Source: a virus
Direction: 5' to 3' (one strand)
DNA: 64,000 bases
Virus record (IMG/VR): IMGVR_UViG_3300038318_000351
How positions within the stretch are numbered: position 1 is the first letter of the stretch; the number at the start of each line of letters is the position of its first letter. The position numbers and the translations under genes are program-made. The notes under the pieces were generated by a model. That model worked only from the letters and a program-made list of their open reading frames with translations. It did not search any database and had not been told where the DNA came from. Shown piece by piece: positions 10,321 to 19,480 of the stretch.

Positions 10321-11187
10321 TTATAATACCCCTAATAACGCACTTACGCCGCCGCAAATAGTTGTACTAATCTCTGCCCCAGAAGTATCGTACCCAGTGT
10401 AAGACGGAGTTGACATCTTTATTCTGTTTTCGATAGCCTGCGAAGATTGATAAATTAAAATGTCATTCAAAGAAACATAGGTAATACTATATTGATATAG
10501 AAATGGTTGAATGGAGGACTTTTGAATATTCATAGAATCTACGAAACCAATATATTTCTTACCCTCAATAATCAGGTTAACACTCCAATCATTAACATAC
10601 TCATTGTTTGCGTTCTTCTTGTCTTCAATATATGTTTTGTAATACTTCTCAACAAAGTCATGACGTTCCTGACAATACTTTGTATCCAGCATATACCCAG
10701 TAAGATTGATTGTCTGCATATTCCTGCCGGATCGCATAATATACCAGCCGCCCATAGTTTTATTGGCCTGTTTTGTATTGCCAAAAGAGTGACTAACGCT
10801 ACTCGGAGAAACCATAAAACCAACTACTTTTGTTTTCTTGGTTTTTAAGTTAACAAATTCGAAATATGCATTTTGGTATCCAGGTAGTTCCGAACGAAAT
10901 AACACGTGTTCGTCGTATGGACGAACAGAATCGTAATATTTTGAAGACTCCGCTTTATTCTTCTTTTTCTTTTTGGTTGTACTTAAATTCATTAATTCTT
11001 TGCTTGACCCTTTAGCCACTGTTTTTACCGATAAATTAGTATCATCTAATAATAAGTTTAAATTAGAATAATACTTTGTTTTCGCGTCTGCCTTCTTTGA
11101 TTTTGATTTTGCTACTTTTACACTATATCCTTTTGTCGTGTAGCTTATTGTAATTGTTTCCCCTGGCAAAAAAGTAGTTTTTGACAA
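10321..11187 (-). CDS. Tail tube initiator-like baseplate protein
   Basis: VSPSSVSHSFG..KQANKTMGGW......TINLTG pattern of tube-fold baseplate proteins; lies between tape measure and hub. Confidence 0.55.
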   Translation of the reverse strand: MSKTTFLPGETITISYTTKGYSVKVAKSKSKKADAKTKYYSNLNLLLDDTNLSVKTVAKGSSKELMNLSTTKKKKKNKAESSKYYDSVRPYDEHVLFRSELPGYQNAYFEFVNLKTKKTKVVGFMVSPSSVSHSFGNTKQANKTMGGWYIMRSGRNMQTINLTGYMLDTKYCQERHDFVEKYYKTYIEDKKNANNEYVNDWSVNLIIEGKKYIGFVDSMNIQKSSIQPFLYQYSITYVSLNDILIYQSSQAIENRIKMSTPSYTGYDTSGAEISTTICGGVSALLGVL

Positions 11188-11200
11188 CTTGATTACCTCC

Positions 11201-11854
11201 TTATGCTAAGTATTGATTTTGTTGTAACAAAATATTTTGTGGTATTCCTGTTAATTCAGATAACTCTTTTAGTGTTAATAGGGTGGAGGGAGTAACGAAT
11301 TGTGCTTTACTAACCGTTATACCTGTCTCATTTCTCTCCCTTGCAAATGAGTTTTTAACAATTTCAATCGTGTTTTTTTGCTCAAGCAAACGGATCAAGG
11401 ATTGTCTTAAATTATTTTTATATTCTGCAATAGAACTATCCTGTAAGACGTCATAAGGGAAATAAAAAATACTGCTTGCGTCTAAGAAATATTTTATACA
11501 TTCTAATGCACATAATTTTGCTAACATTTCTTCTTGCGCACTTGCAAGTCTCTTCAAATTGCCTTCTATAAAAATCAATATATCATTTTCGTGACCAACA
11601 AATTTATCTATCCTGGTGCTAATAAAATCCATCTTCGAATAAAAAATGGTACCATCAGCGGTAATAACATAGTTATATGGAATAACTTCATGACAAGCCT
11701 CAATATATTGGAAATTAAGCCATTTAACGTATTGCTCATTATTATATCCATTTGGCCTGGGCTGTTCTTTATCCGTGATCAAAATATTTTCTCTCTGCGT
11801 AAGATCCACTTGACTAACAACCATATCATCCGGAATAAGATCTAATCTCTCCAT
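11201..11854 (-). CDS. Amidase_2/PGRP-like protein (apparently non-catalytic) with possible C-terminal LysM
   Basis: IPYNYVITADGTIF and ILIFIEGN...AQEEMLAKL resemble PGRP/T7-lysozyme; C-terminal TLKELSELTGIPQNILLQQN resembles LysM. Confidence 0.55.
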   Translation of the reverse strand: MERLDLIPDDMVVSQVDLTQRENILITDKEQPRPNGYNNEQYVKWLNFQYIEACHEVIPYNYVITADGTIFYSKMDFISTRIDKFVGHENDILIFIEGNLKRLASAQEEMLAKLCALECIKYFLDASSIFYFPYDVLQDSSIAEYKNNLRQSLIRLLEQKNTIEIVKNSFARERNETGITVSKAQFVTPSTLLTLKELSELTGIPQNILLQQNQYLA

Positions 11855-11869
11855 ATTGTGCCTCCTTAT

Positions 11870-12490
11870 TTACTCTGTAACATACAGAACATACTTATAA
11901 ACTCTTTCAAAGTTATAAGTATCATTCGCCATATACACTTTAACATCGTATACGCCGCTGTCAGCTAAAGCTGGGACGGCGACGGAGAATGTTTTTGTAT
12001 TTCCCAATGATATCTGTTCACTTGCACCCAATAAAAATTGATATTTTTGATCATAAAGAGAATCTTCCTTAATCACCTGAACCTCGAGACGAGCATTTGT
12101 CTTATCCCAAGTATCAAAACCAACATTTCTAATCGTGGTATTCCACGAAATTTTAGTATTAACGGGAACTGAATTGGGTATGGTAATGCTTGTTATCTCT
12201 GCACGGAGTTTTACCATGTTTGCGTCGTTGGCGAAGTCAGATTCATCATATTCCACTTTGTCAGCAAGATACGAAATTGTTGAAACACACTCTTTGATCT
12301 TTTTGTTTAATATCTTTATTTTGTTTTGACGCGACATAAATTCTTTATAATGAACAAAATTACCAGCATTATATAAATCACTCTTATCCCGAATTTCGGC
12401 TGAGATTTTATCTATTTCGGCCGAATACTTATCAATAGAATCCAACAAGTTTTTTATTTGATTTTCGTACATTTTAGAAGTCTCATTCAT
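11870..12490 (-). CDS. Coiled-coil plus Ig-like domain protein
   Basis: Heptad-rich N-terminus; C-terminal beta domain (ISWNTTIRNVGFDTW...ISLGNTKTFSVAVPA...GVYDVKVYM) resembling NBR1-type Ig domains. Confidence 0.5.
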   Translation of the reverse strand: MNETSKMYENQIKNLLDSIDKYSAEIDKISAEIRDKSDLYNAGNFVHYKEFMSRQNKIKILNKKIKECVSTISYLADKVEYDESDFANDANMVKLRAEITSITIPNSVPVNTKISWNTTIRNVGFDTWDKTNARLEVQVIKEDSLYDQKYQFLLGASEQISLGNTKTFSVAVPALADSGVYDVKVYMANDTYNFERVYKYVLYVTE

Positions 12491-12506
12491 AAAGACACCT
12501 CTTTCT

Positions 12507-12547
12507 TTAAAATAAAGCTAGATGCCTATCATCTAGCTTTATTTTAA
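12507..12547. terminator. Intrinsic terminator-like hairpin downstream of tape measure gene
   Basis: 18-bp inverted repeat TTAAAATAAAGCTAGATG / CATCTAGCTTTATTTTAA with 5-nt loop. Confidence 0.7.
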
Positions 12548-12621
12548 ACCAATTTTATGGAATAAACAATACACGGGTCAGTAATATTTATTTAACTGCT
12601 CCTATTAATGTGAATGAAATT

Positions 12622-15600
12622 TCATGGATTACCACCAATGCGGAACCCGGTGATAATTCTTGAGAGCGGATTATTATTCATCTGCTGTATCTGCAATTCT
12701 AAATTATCTGCTTTTGTATCAACCCGGGTAACTGCGTCATAGAACTTATCTGTTGCGGTTAACAAAGTGTCTGCGGAATCTGATAATTTTTTACTTGCAT
12801 CTTCAATTCCATTAGATGCGTTCTTTTGAGCAGCTTTATCTTCATCAGAAAAACCTTGTTCTGCTGTAATAACAGCAATTAACTGTTCTGCCACTGCCTG
12901 GTAATCAACTGTACCACCTTTACCCTTGAATTGGAATGATCCATCTTCTGCCACCGTGAACAAATTTGATTTACCGATATAAGCATTGGTAAGTTCAGGA
13001 TCATAAAATTGACTCCAGATCTGTGCAAACTTCTCTGGATTAGCTTTTATTTTTTCAGCTAAATCAGAAATTATGTTTTCGGTTACTCTCTCTACATTTT
13101 TAAGAACTTCTCCGCTTGTCATGTTCTGCATTTTATCAGAATCAGAAATATCATCATAACCCACTTTTCCTTTAAACTTTCTGTCTTCAAATCGGTTATA
13201 GCCATATAATGTCGAAAGAGCATCTGTAACCTTGGCAAGATCCCCACCCATTAATATTGCTTCTTGCACAGCTTTGTTTGCGGACTCCGCTTGATTTATT
13301 GAACTATATCCAGCATTTTTCGCAACTACATCTTGAACAAGTTTATCTAACTCCGCAGCCATGCCCTCTCCGCCTGCGGAGTTAGCTGCTTTTCCCCTTA
13401 ACCCGCGTAATTTAGAAGCGTCGGAATCTTGCAAGGCAGCTAACATTTTTTCAGTATCGCCTGCTGAAAGTCCAGGTAAAATTTCTCCCTTCATGTCTTC
13501 CAGCGTCCGAATCCAACTATTAATATTGCTTTCGCTTTCAACGATTTCCTTCGAAACATCCTTAGTTATCGCTTCTGTCCCAGCACTAAGTTCTTTCGGT
13601 GTCATGTTAAGAAATCCTACTAAGTCGGTCTTTGCTAAAAACCCAGCAGTATCTACACTCGATCCACCTGATAACCATTTTAAAGTATTTTTATATAATT
13701 CCGTATCTTTCGCTGCTTTGTTATCTTCGGAATAAACACCTTTTTTGTTAATTTTACTCATCGTTTCACGTTCTTCTGGACTAAAGGCCAGCAAGAAATC
13801 TTCGCCCACTAAATTCTGAAAACTTTCCAAGCTAAGTTTTCCACCGGAATGTTCGCCCAAATTAGAAGAATCCAGCAATAACATTTCTTGCGAAATTTGC
13901 ATTTTATCTCCGATATTTAAATTCTTCCAATTACTTTTTTTACCTAATATAAAATTCTGAATATCTTCGTATTGTTTGTTATACCAGTCTTCTGCATAAA
14001 CAAGCCCTTTAGTTCTAGACGCTGCATTTAATTCATCTACACCTCCGATATCCGAGCCATTAGCTTGTAAAAATTGAAGGATAATTTTGTCCTCCATATC
14101 CTTTGTCAAATATATTTCGTTAAGACTGTTATTTTTTAAAACTTCTTTTTCGTAATCATTCATCTTTGAAATGATAGAATTGCCAATAATACCATTTCCA
14201 GCCCCTGTCCTGGGCGCCGCTAAAACGTTTGACATTTTTCTTCTAGCAGTACCATACTGATTAAAAATATCTTTAACATCAGAAAAATCAAGCACAGATG
14301 ATCCTAAGGATCCCTCTCCCATAATGTCAAATGCCTTATCAATGCTATCCTGAGATTTTATCGCATTATTAAATGCATCCCGGTATACTTTGTCATTCTC
14401 TATTTTAGCTTGATTTTCAACGTCTTTTTTAATTATGCTAGTCGGATCAATTAAGCCAAGTAAGTAGTCGTCGCGGAATCTTGTATTGTTATCACCTTTT
14501 TCTAGGATATTTTTTACAGATAAGCCATGACCATTTATTTTGCCGGCAAATTCATACGATAAAGTTTTTATATCATCAGCAGTTAGTTTATTATAATCCC
14601 AACCTTTTAGTCCAGATGCTTCACGTAAAAAATCAGTATACCCGCTGCCACCATTATAAAATGCATAAGCTAAAAATGGATTTTCTGTATCGTCTGTCGT
14701 AGAATTATTAAGAGCCTTTTTCATTAAATCTGCTCCAATATAAGCTGCAACATACGGATTCTTGAGTTCTTGTCTAAGAGCTTCACTCCATTTTGCATTA
14801 GGATCCTCGTTGGCTGCCATTCCAGCTACATCGCTACCAATAACATAGGTCTCTCCATTACCAACATCAATTGTACGACCAAAGTATTCCTTGCGCCAAC
14901 CCATATAGGGCATAACCTGCGTTAAACCTGAATCTCCGAATCTCCCGAGCGCACTCGGATCCCCTCCGCTCTCTGTGCGTATCATGGATGCCAGTAAATT
15001 AGGAGAAATGCCAATTTGTTCGGCCGTTGAATGGATCATATCATAATATTTCCCATTAAGCTTTGATCCTTCGGTGTAATCGTAATCATCTTCGTACCAC
15101 AAAGCACCATCTGCCAGAGGGTTACCTTCGACCTTCCAATCAACACCATGATCTTCTGGATTATAACCGCCCCTTACGTTATTCTGATACTCATGGTAAT
15201 TTGTATTATTGATAACAATGTCATTTGAATTTACTCCACCTAGCACATCCTGATTGCCATACTTTCTAAGTTTATCTATATCATATCCCTTTGCCCTTAG
15301 CTGATCGTCGACATTCTGCTGGCCTCCAAAAAAGGCTTTCATAGCAAGATCTTCGTTACCCCCATACAATCCAACTAATTTTTCAATTGCATCCGAAGCC
15401 ATTTTTAATTTATCTTCAATCGATGCATTAGGATCATAAACACTTGGGTTAGATTTTGCTATTTGTTCAATAATATCCTCATTTGCACCAAAGAGTTTTT
15501 TAGCTTCCGGCCGGTCACTAAATTTTAACAGAGCACCTACGATCGTCTCTGATAATCCGTTATCGCCGGCAATATCTTTTATCATATCGTAATCTTTTTT

Positions 15601-17631
15601 CCCGTATACTTCTTCTCCATTTTCAAAAACTTTTCTCATGTAGGAATACGTTTTACTCATGGAATCTGGCACATCAAACATATTAATGGTACTATCACTA
15701 ATATCGTATCCAGCGCCTTTTAACGTTTTTAAGGCATCCTGCGTTCCTATAATAGCATCATAAAATTCGTTCTTTTTTTTATGAATCCCATCAACAGTCC
15801 ATGCTGTATCCGTTGAAAAATTTAAGTCAGTAAATTGTTTACCGTAAAGAGAATCATTGATGTTTTGATACAAATTGCTAAATGCATTGGATACATCAGC
15901 ACCCCATGCACCAAGTTCATCCCCGATACTTTTAAATCCATATTTTATATCACCCCACAGCGTAGGCGTTCCCATCTTTGCAGTTGCCATTAAATTTTGA
16001 TATGCGGCTATATTATCCTGCTGCAACAAAATTTTCTCTCCTTGGCCATTAGCTTCTCCCAAATAGCTTGCATAGAGTGCTCTCTGGTCCGCAGACAAAT
16101 TAGGCATCATGTTTGACAAACCAACATCTAAATTATTGGGGTCTGCACCCATTGCTATACTGTTTGCTCTGGCCAAGGCATTTGTAAATCTGGAAATCTG
16201 TAATTGATTCAGCTCATTACCAAGATAAAGGTGAGCGTTGTTTTGCCAATCCAATGATGCTAGGCTACCGGCATTATTTAATTTAACAATGCCTCTATCA
16301 TGTAAATTATTAAGATCAGCTTTTCCGGATGCTGCGTCGGACATTGTTCGATTAAATTCATCCTGATCAAACTCCCAAGTATTATTGCTACTATTGTAAT
16401 TATAAAATCCAGCAGCAACATACTTATATTTATCTAACATTGCATCTTGCATTTGATTAATCATGGAAGATACCCCGGTAACGCCGCCATTGTTGTTAAT
16501 AAAGTTAAGTGCTGCGGATCCCTTAGCATCAAGCACAGGCTGATTTTCAAGCGATTCATACATATGATTTGCCAAGATAAGTGTGTCAGCAACTCTGCCT
16601 GTATACATCGTATTACTCAGCCCTGTTCCTTGCGTTAATCCGCCAGCCGTGCCAAGAACAAATCTTGTTGCTTCGCTTCCCGAGATACCAAGATTTGTGC
16701 CAACCACTTTTCCCAAGTTCATAATATCAGTATAGTTACCTGAGTTAATACCCATTTTTTTCATTTCTGCCATCAAGCTAGATATGCTTTCATAGGTTTC
16801 GTTTAGTACAGTCGCACCCACTTTTACACTCTTCGTAAGTTCCTTAATCTTATCTCTAAATGTTTCCATATCCTTTACCTCGCGCAACATGCCACTTTCC
16901 GTATAACTCGATAATAACCTAGACATATCTGTATCCGTAATATGGAAACTATTATTGACTGTCCTTAAAAAATCCGCCATTTGCTGGCTCTCATTTAAAG
17001 AGAATCCACCATAGCCTCTTCTATTATTAGATTCTGTCGGATTAATAAAACGATAAGACTCTCTTTGTAAATATTTTGAATAAGCAGATTGTACCTGTGC
17101 CTGTTCAAGTGCGTTATTAAAATATGCGCCTACAAGCGGACCGGCAACCGCCCCGCCCACAAGACCAGGGACGAGACCAAGACCATACATACCGGCCGTT
17201 GCAGCAGCGCTTGCTACGGTACCCATGCCAGCAATTGCTGCATTTGCAGATCTACCAGCAAAGTCTTGCGTCATTGCTCTGTTCATTTCGTAAGATACAT
17301 TTTCATTTGGCATAAAGGTATCTATAAAACCGTAATTAGAGCCTTTTCCGGAAAGACCTTTTGCGTACGACTGAAATTGCTGTGCTTGTGGTCTTATATT
17401 ACCAGCAGGATCAAGCATTGGTGGCATATATTGTGGAGCGTAAGCTTGATATGGAATACTGCCAGAGAATTGCATATTACGATTGAAATTGCCACCAGCT
17501 AAATTTTGCTGCTTTTGCATATTTAGCTGTTCAGCTTGCTGCATCGTTAAATCATTCATTTTTTGCAATTGCTGTCTCTGAAGTGTAACCATCTCGTTCA
17601 AAGAATTTAATAATGAATTATCCATTTCCAT
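12622..17631 (-). CDS. Tape measure protein with lytic transglycosylase (SLT) domain
   Basis: About 1670 aa; Gly/Ala-rich amphipathic N-region; SLT motifs ASMIRTESGGDPSA, GLTQVMP, AYAFYNGG; directly follows the tail chaperone pair. ATG at 17631 preferred over GTG at 17640. Confidence 0.85.
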   Translation of the reverse strand: MEMDNSLLNSLNEMVTLQRQQLQKMNDLTMQQAEQLNMQKQQNLAGGNFNRNMQFSGSIPYQAYAPQYMPPMLDPAGNIRPQAQQFQSYAKGLSGKGSNYGFIDTFMPNENVSYEMNRAMTQDFAGRSANAAIAGMGTVASAAATAGMYGLGLVPGLVGGAVAGPLVGAYFNNALEQAQVQSAYSKYLQRESYRFINPTESNNRRGYGGFSLNESQQMADFLRTVNNSFHITDTDMSRLLSSYTESGMLREVKDMETFRDKIKELTKSVKVGATVLNETYESISSLMAEMKKMGINSGNYTDIMNLGKVVGTNLGISGSEATRFVLGTAGGLTQGTGLSNTMYTGRVADTLILANHMYESLENQPVLDAKGSAALNFINNNGGVTGVSSMINQMQDAMLDKYKYVAAGFYNYNSSNNTWEFDQDEFNRTMSDAASGKADLNNLHDRGIVKLNNAGSLASLDWQNNAHLYLGNELNQLQISRFTNALARANSIAMGADPNNLDVGLSNMMPNLSADQRALYASYLGEANGQGEKILLQQDNIAAYQNLMATAKMGTPTLWGDIKYGFKSIGDELGAWGADVSNAFSNLYQNINDSLYGKQFTDLNFSTDTAWTVDGIHKKKNEFYDAIIGTQDALKTLKGAGYDISDSTINMFDVPDSMSKTYSYMRKVFENGEEVYGKKDYDMIKDIAGDNGLSETIVGALLKFSDRPEAKKLFGANEDIIEQIAKSNPSVYDPNASIEDKLKMASDAIEKLVGLYGGNEDLAMKAFFGGQQNVDDQLRAKGYDIDKLRKYGNQDVLGGVNSNDIVINNTNYHEYQNNVRGGYNPEDHGVDWKVEGNPLADGALWYEDDYDYTEGSKLNGKYYDMIHSTAEQIGISPNLLASMIRTESGGDPSALGRFGDSGLTQVMPYMGWRKEYFGRTIDVGNGETYVIGSDVAGMAANEDPNAKWSEALRQELKNPYVAAYIGADLMKKALNNSTTDDTENPFLAYAFYNGGSGYTDFLREASGLKGWDYNKLTADDIKTLSYEFAGKINGHGLSVKNILEKGDNNTRFRDDYLLGLIDPTSIIKKDVENQAKIENDKVYRDAFNNAIKSQDSIDKAFDIMGEGSLGSSVLDFSDVKDIFNQYGTARRKMSNVLAAPRTGAGNGIIGNSIISKMNDYEKEVLKNNSLNEIYLTKDMEDKIILQFLQANGSDIGGVDELNAASRTKGLVYAEDWYNKQYEDIQNFILGKKSNWKNLNIGDKMQISQEMLLLDSSNLGEHSGGKLSLESFQNLVGEDFLLAFSPEERETMSKINKKGVYSEDNKAAKDTELYKNTLKWLSGGSSVDTAGFLAKTDLVGFLNMTPKELSAGTEAITKDVSKEIVESESNINSWIRTLEDMKGEILPGLSAGDTEKMLAALQDSDASKLRGLRGKAANSAGGEGMAAELDKLVQDVVAKNAGYSSINQAESANKAVQEAILMGGDLAKVTDALSTLYGYNRFEDRKFKGKVGYDDISDSDKMQNMTSGEVLKNVERVTENIISDLAEKIKANPEKFAQIWSQFYDPELTNAYIGKSNLFTVAEDGSFQFKGKGGTVDYQAVAEQLIAVITAEQGFSDEDKAAQKNASNGIEDASKKLSDSADTLLTATDKFYDAVTRVDTKADNLELQIQQMNNNPLSRIITGFRIGGNP

Positions 17632-18214
17632 TGTTTCCACCGCTTTCTGGTAAATTTATTTTTCCTCTCTTCCTGGATTTTGGAACAATTTTTATATCCG
17701 GAATTTCCGCTCTATTTTCTTGCAAAGGTTCATTTTTAGTAGAACATTTCTTTGATTCTTTTAATATCTTACTCCTGCTGAATTTTGGTAATATATATCT
17801 ATTCTGGTTAATAACACGTGCCGGAATTGTAATAACATCTGGCGCGCTCTTATAGTATTTATTCATGTAAGCTTCTACTGCTTTTTCATCATGAATATTA
17901 AGACTATTAATATCATCATTGCCCTGCATCTCTTGTTTTTTATTTTGATCGGGATTAAATATCAAATCCGTGGTCTTCTTCCTGTATTCGGCTTTCCAAT
18001 TTATAAACTTTTCTGCTTCTTTCGGATTCATCACCACCGCCAAAGTTTCAATATCCTTAGCTAAAAGATTTTGCAAAATAACGGAATCTTTAAAATCACG
18101 ACTCCTGTATTCTATTTTGTTTTTCATGATAGCTGCATATTGAAATTGCCACTGTACCGGTGTCATTTTTTGAAATCGCTCTTCCGTTATTACGCCATTT
18201 GTTTCAATTAGCAC
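17618..18214 (-). CDS. Tail assembly chaperone, C-terminal (GT-like) part, probably reached by -1 frameshift
   Basis: No canonical RBS before GTG 18214; the -1 frame is open back to the slippery site at 18253-18247. Confidence 0.75.
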   Translation of the reverse strand: MLIETNGVITEERFQKMTPVQWQFQYAAIMKNKIEYRSRDFKDSVILQNLLAKDIETLAVVMNPKEAEKFINWKAEYRKKTTDLIFNPDQNKKQEMQGNDDINSLNIHDEKAVEAYMNKYYKSAPDVITIPARVINQNRYILPKFSRSKILKESKKCSTKNEPLQENRAEIPDIKIVPKSRKRGKINLPESGGNNGNG

Positions 18215-18243
18215 AGTGGAAACGACCTTGCCCAGTGGTGTCT

Positions 18244-18705
18244 CTAAAAATTTTCAATTTTCTTAGAAAGTTCTTCCGGATTAGAATATAGTTTATTTTG
18301 TTCTAATACAGCTTCAAGATATAATTCGTAAGCCTTTTGTACGACATATGCTGGCATATCAAGAAGCCTTTGATATAGATGTGCTTGCCGCATCGCAATC
18401 TCTTTTCGTGTCATTTTATCTTTTATGATAAGGCTACCATTAATAGAGATTGTAGCCTGCGATAGAATACTAGCACACCTTGCTTTTTGAACAATATCCG
18501 GCGGAATTTCAGGATTTACTCTCATAACAGATTCTGCTGTAATTAGTTCCCCGGCACTAAGTACCTTTACTTTAATTTTAAATCCTGGCACTACTTCGTC
18601 TTCTTTTTCAATCTGCCCTTTCTTAATAAAATCATTAAAAAAGAGATCTAAATCATCCTCCGCCTGAAAATCTTTAATGTCTTTTTCGTCACTATTTTCG
18701 TTCAT
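18244..18705 (-). CDS. Tail assembly chaperone (G-like)
   Basis: 153 aa between tail tube and tape measure; GGAG RBS; ends in A AAT TTT TAG. Confidence 0.75.
   Translation of the reverse strand: MNENSDEKDIKDFQAEDDLDLFFNDFIKKGQIEKEDEVVPGFKIKVKVLSAGELITAESVMRVNPEIPPDIVQKARCASILSQATISINGSLIIKDKMTRKEIAMRQAHLYQRLLDMPAYVVQKAYELYLEAVLEQNKLYSNPEELSKKIENF
18247..18253 (-). other. -1 programmed ribosomal frameshift slippery heptamer A AAT TTT
   Basis: X XXY YYZ pattern in the correct frame immediately before the stop codon; the -1 frame reads LETPLGKVVSTVLIETNG into ORF 17618-18214. Confidence 0.75.
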
Positions 18706-18776
18706 TGTTTTAACTCCTCCTTTTATAAACTTCTAATATCATTATATATGAGTTTGTCATAAAAATAAAATAAAAA

Positions 18777-18804
18777 AGAGAAGTAAGAATATTCTTACTT
18801 CTCT
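18777..18804. terminator. Terminator-like palindrome after tail tube gene
   Basis: Perfect 28-bp palindrome AGAGAAGTAAGAATATTCTTACTTCTCT, followed by a T-run on the minus strand. Confidence 0.75.
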
Positions 18805-18818
18805 ATTAACCTGCTAAA

Positions 18819-19433
18819 TTAGTTTCCTACTGGATCTGTTTCACTGGTTCCTGCGGTTGTTGTATAATCTGCCACAGTCTGATACATGATGTTTACATTC
18901 TCAGCAACAATAATCTGCCCAGAGGAAAGACTCTCGTTTCTTGCCTGTATCCAGCAAGTACTAAATAATCTTGTATAAACAGCTGTGCTTGCCTGATCAT
19001 AATAAGTAACTAACAAATCAAGAGGCGTTGTTACGTCTCTAATTGACCTCTTCCAACCGCTCGTCTGAATAGTGCCATCTTTAATATCCTCCGTAGGGGA
19101 ATAAAATAAGTTCGTTAAGTCGGCACCAGCAATTAATATTCTAGAAAGCGAAATTTGTCCAGTGGTACGCCCAGGAATAAGATACGGAACATCAGAACCA
19201 AGCTCAAAAATCATTTCAAGCTGTTTTTGTTCCGACCAGTTATATCCTTGAATAACACCTATTTTCGAGAACACAGCATCTTTACCATTTGCCACATTCG
19301 TGGGTTTTGCATAAATAATGCATCTTGCAGCGGATAAGAAGTTTTTATCTGTTAAATTTGTCAAATGATCATCATGATAATTCCATACGGAGTTAACACC
19401 GTCTTTTCCTGCCTTTGGATCAATATCTGCCAT
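18819..19433 (-). CDS. Tail tube protein
   Basis: Directly after sheath; KIGVIQGYNW...IFELGS...LIPGRTTGQISLSR and ENVNIMYQ patterns typical of contractile-tail tubes. Confidence 0.8.
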   Translation of the reverse strand: MADIDPKAGKDGVNSVWNYHDDHLTNLTDKNFLSAARCIIYAKPTNVANGKDAVFSKIGVIQGYNWSEQKQLEMIFELGSDVPYLIPGRTTGQISLSRILIAGADLTNLFYSPTEDIKDGTIQTSGWKRSIRDVTTPLDLLVTYYDQASTAVYTRLFSTCWIQARNESLSSGQIIVAENVNIMYQTVADYTTTAGTSETDPVGN

Positions 19434-19480
19434 TATCTGTCACCTCTCTCTTTTAAATTTTAAACAAGTTATTTACATTA

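Noticed and set aside
12622-17631. K-x-A processing of the tape measure (LKMAS, QKNAS)
   Set aside because: Two hits in about 1670 aa is compatible with chance; not counted as support for the motif.
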